From: Antedon mediterranea
Taxonomy: Eukaryota; Animalia; Echinodermata
Assembly: GCF_964355755.1 (NCBI RefSeq)
Contig: NC_092673.1
Location: 11,566,948 to 11,630,947 of the forward strand
Direction: 5' to 3'
Length of the DNA stretch: 64,000 bases
Part shown: one piece after another, positions 63,544 through 64,000 of the stretch
Layout: each line of letters starts with the position of its first letter
Numbering within the stretch: the stretch's first letter is position 1
The notes under the pieces: generated by a model
Databases searched by the model: none
What the model was told of the DNA's origin: nothing
The model's input: the letters and a program-made list of their open reading frames with translations, nothing else
Program-made: the position numbers and the translations under genes

Positions 63544-64000
63544 GTGAAGCATTAATATTAAATTATTTCCTGGAAATTTGTTTTCCACAATAATTAAGAG
63601 TGTAATAATTTGTGTATAAGAACCTAATTTTTTTGAACAGAGATTAATACTATTATACTGTAGCTACTTGTGTTGAGCTGCCTTTTTTTTTGTTCCCGAT
63701 ACACAGGCACCAATATCAACGAAATGAACCCGATGTATTCATTTTTACTCTTATACTACAGTAAATATTTGTGTTAAAATTTATGCCTAGCATTATAAAC
63801 ACAATTCAAGACTCAGCATGTGGGCCTGTTTGATCTGTGCAATGAGAAACATTAGGCCTAGCCTTTTTTTTACAAATTAGTATGTCAAAGTTTGCATAAC
63901 TTTTAATATGTAGTAGATTTATTTGACTTGACTCTGATTATGATATAAACAGTATAATTTGACAACATTTAAGATAAATAACAGTTTTAAAGTTCTAATT

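Overview
AT-rich, intron-rich animal genomic DNA; an invertebrate deuterostome such as an echinoderm is inferred from the Deu-domain SINEs and gene structures. Two spliced host genes lie on the + strand. The first is the last four coding exons of proteasome subunit beta-2 (PSMB7, 2289-12360; its N-terminal exons with catalytic Thr1 are not in the window). The second is the first three coding exons of a betaglycan/endoglin (TGFBR3-like) gene (40925-63543, continuing past the window). Most of the remainder is nested transposable elements: Mutator-, hAT-, pogo-, Harbinger-, Merlin-, Academ- and Zator-type DNA elements, CR1/L2 and RTEX-like LINE relics, Deu-domain SINEs and Helitron ends. The most unusual part is a (TA)n-anchored cluster at 13.7-27.3 kb. 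It holds Neptune-type Penelope-like elements (PLE; RT + GIY-YIG) with minimal hammerhead ribozymes, and a fragment of a second, different hammerhead RNA joined to the PLE exactly at its predicted cleavage site. It also holds a 364-bp partial-tandem non-coding element that carries an intact 72-nt tRNA-shaped module (anticodon ATC), shares the PLE's 3'-terminal motif, and has one array end at the RNase Z position. This is a candidate PLE-mobilised, tRNA-mimic-processed retroelement. Comparing repeat copies inside the window also shows that the abundant TAGGCCTA/TACTGTA/TACGGTA motifs are 5-6 bp insertions at TA sites, probably transposon footprints. Superfamily calls rest on termini, TSDs and remembered motifs; no database search was run.
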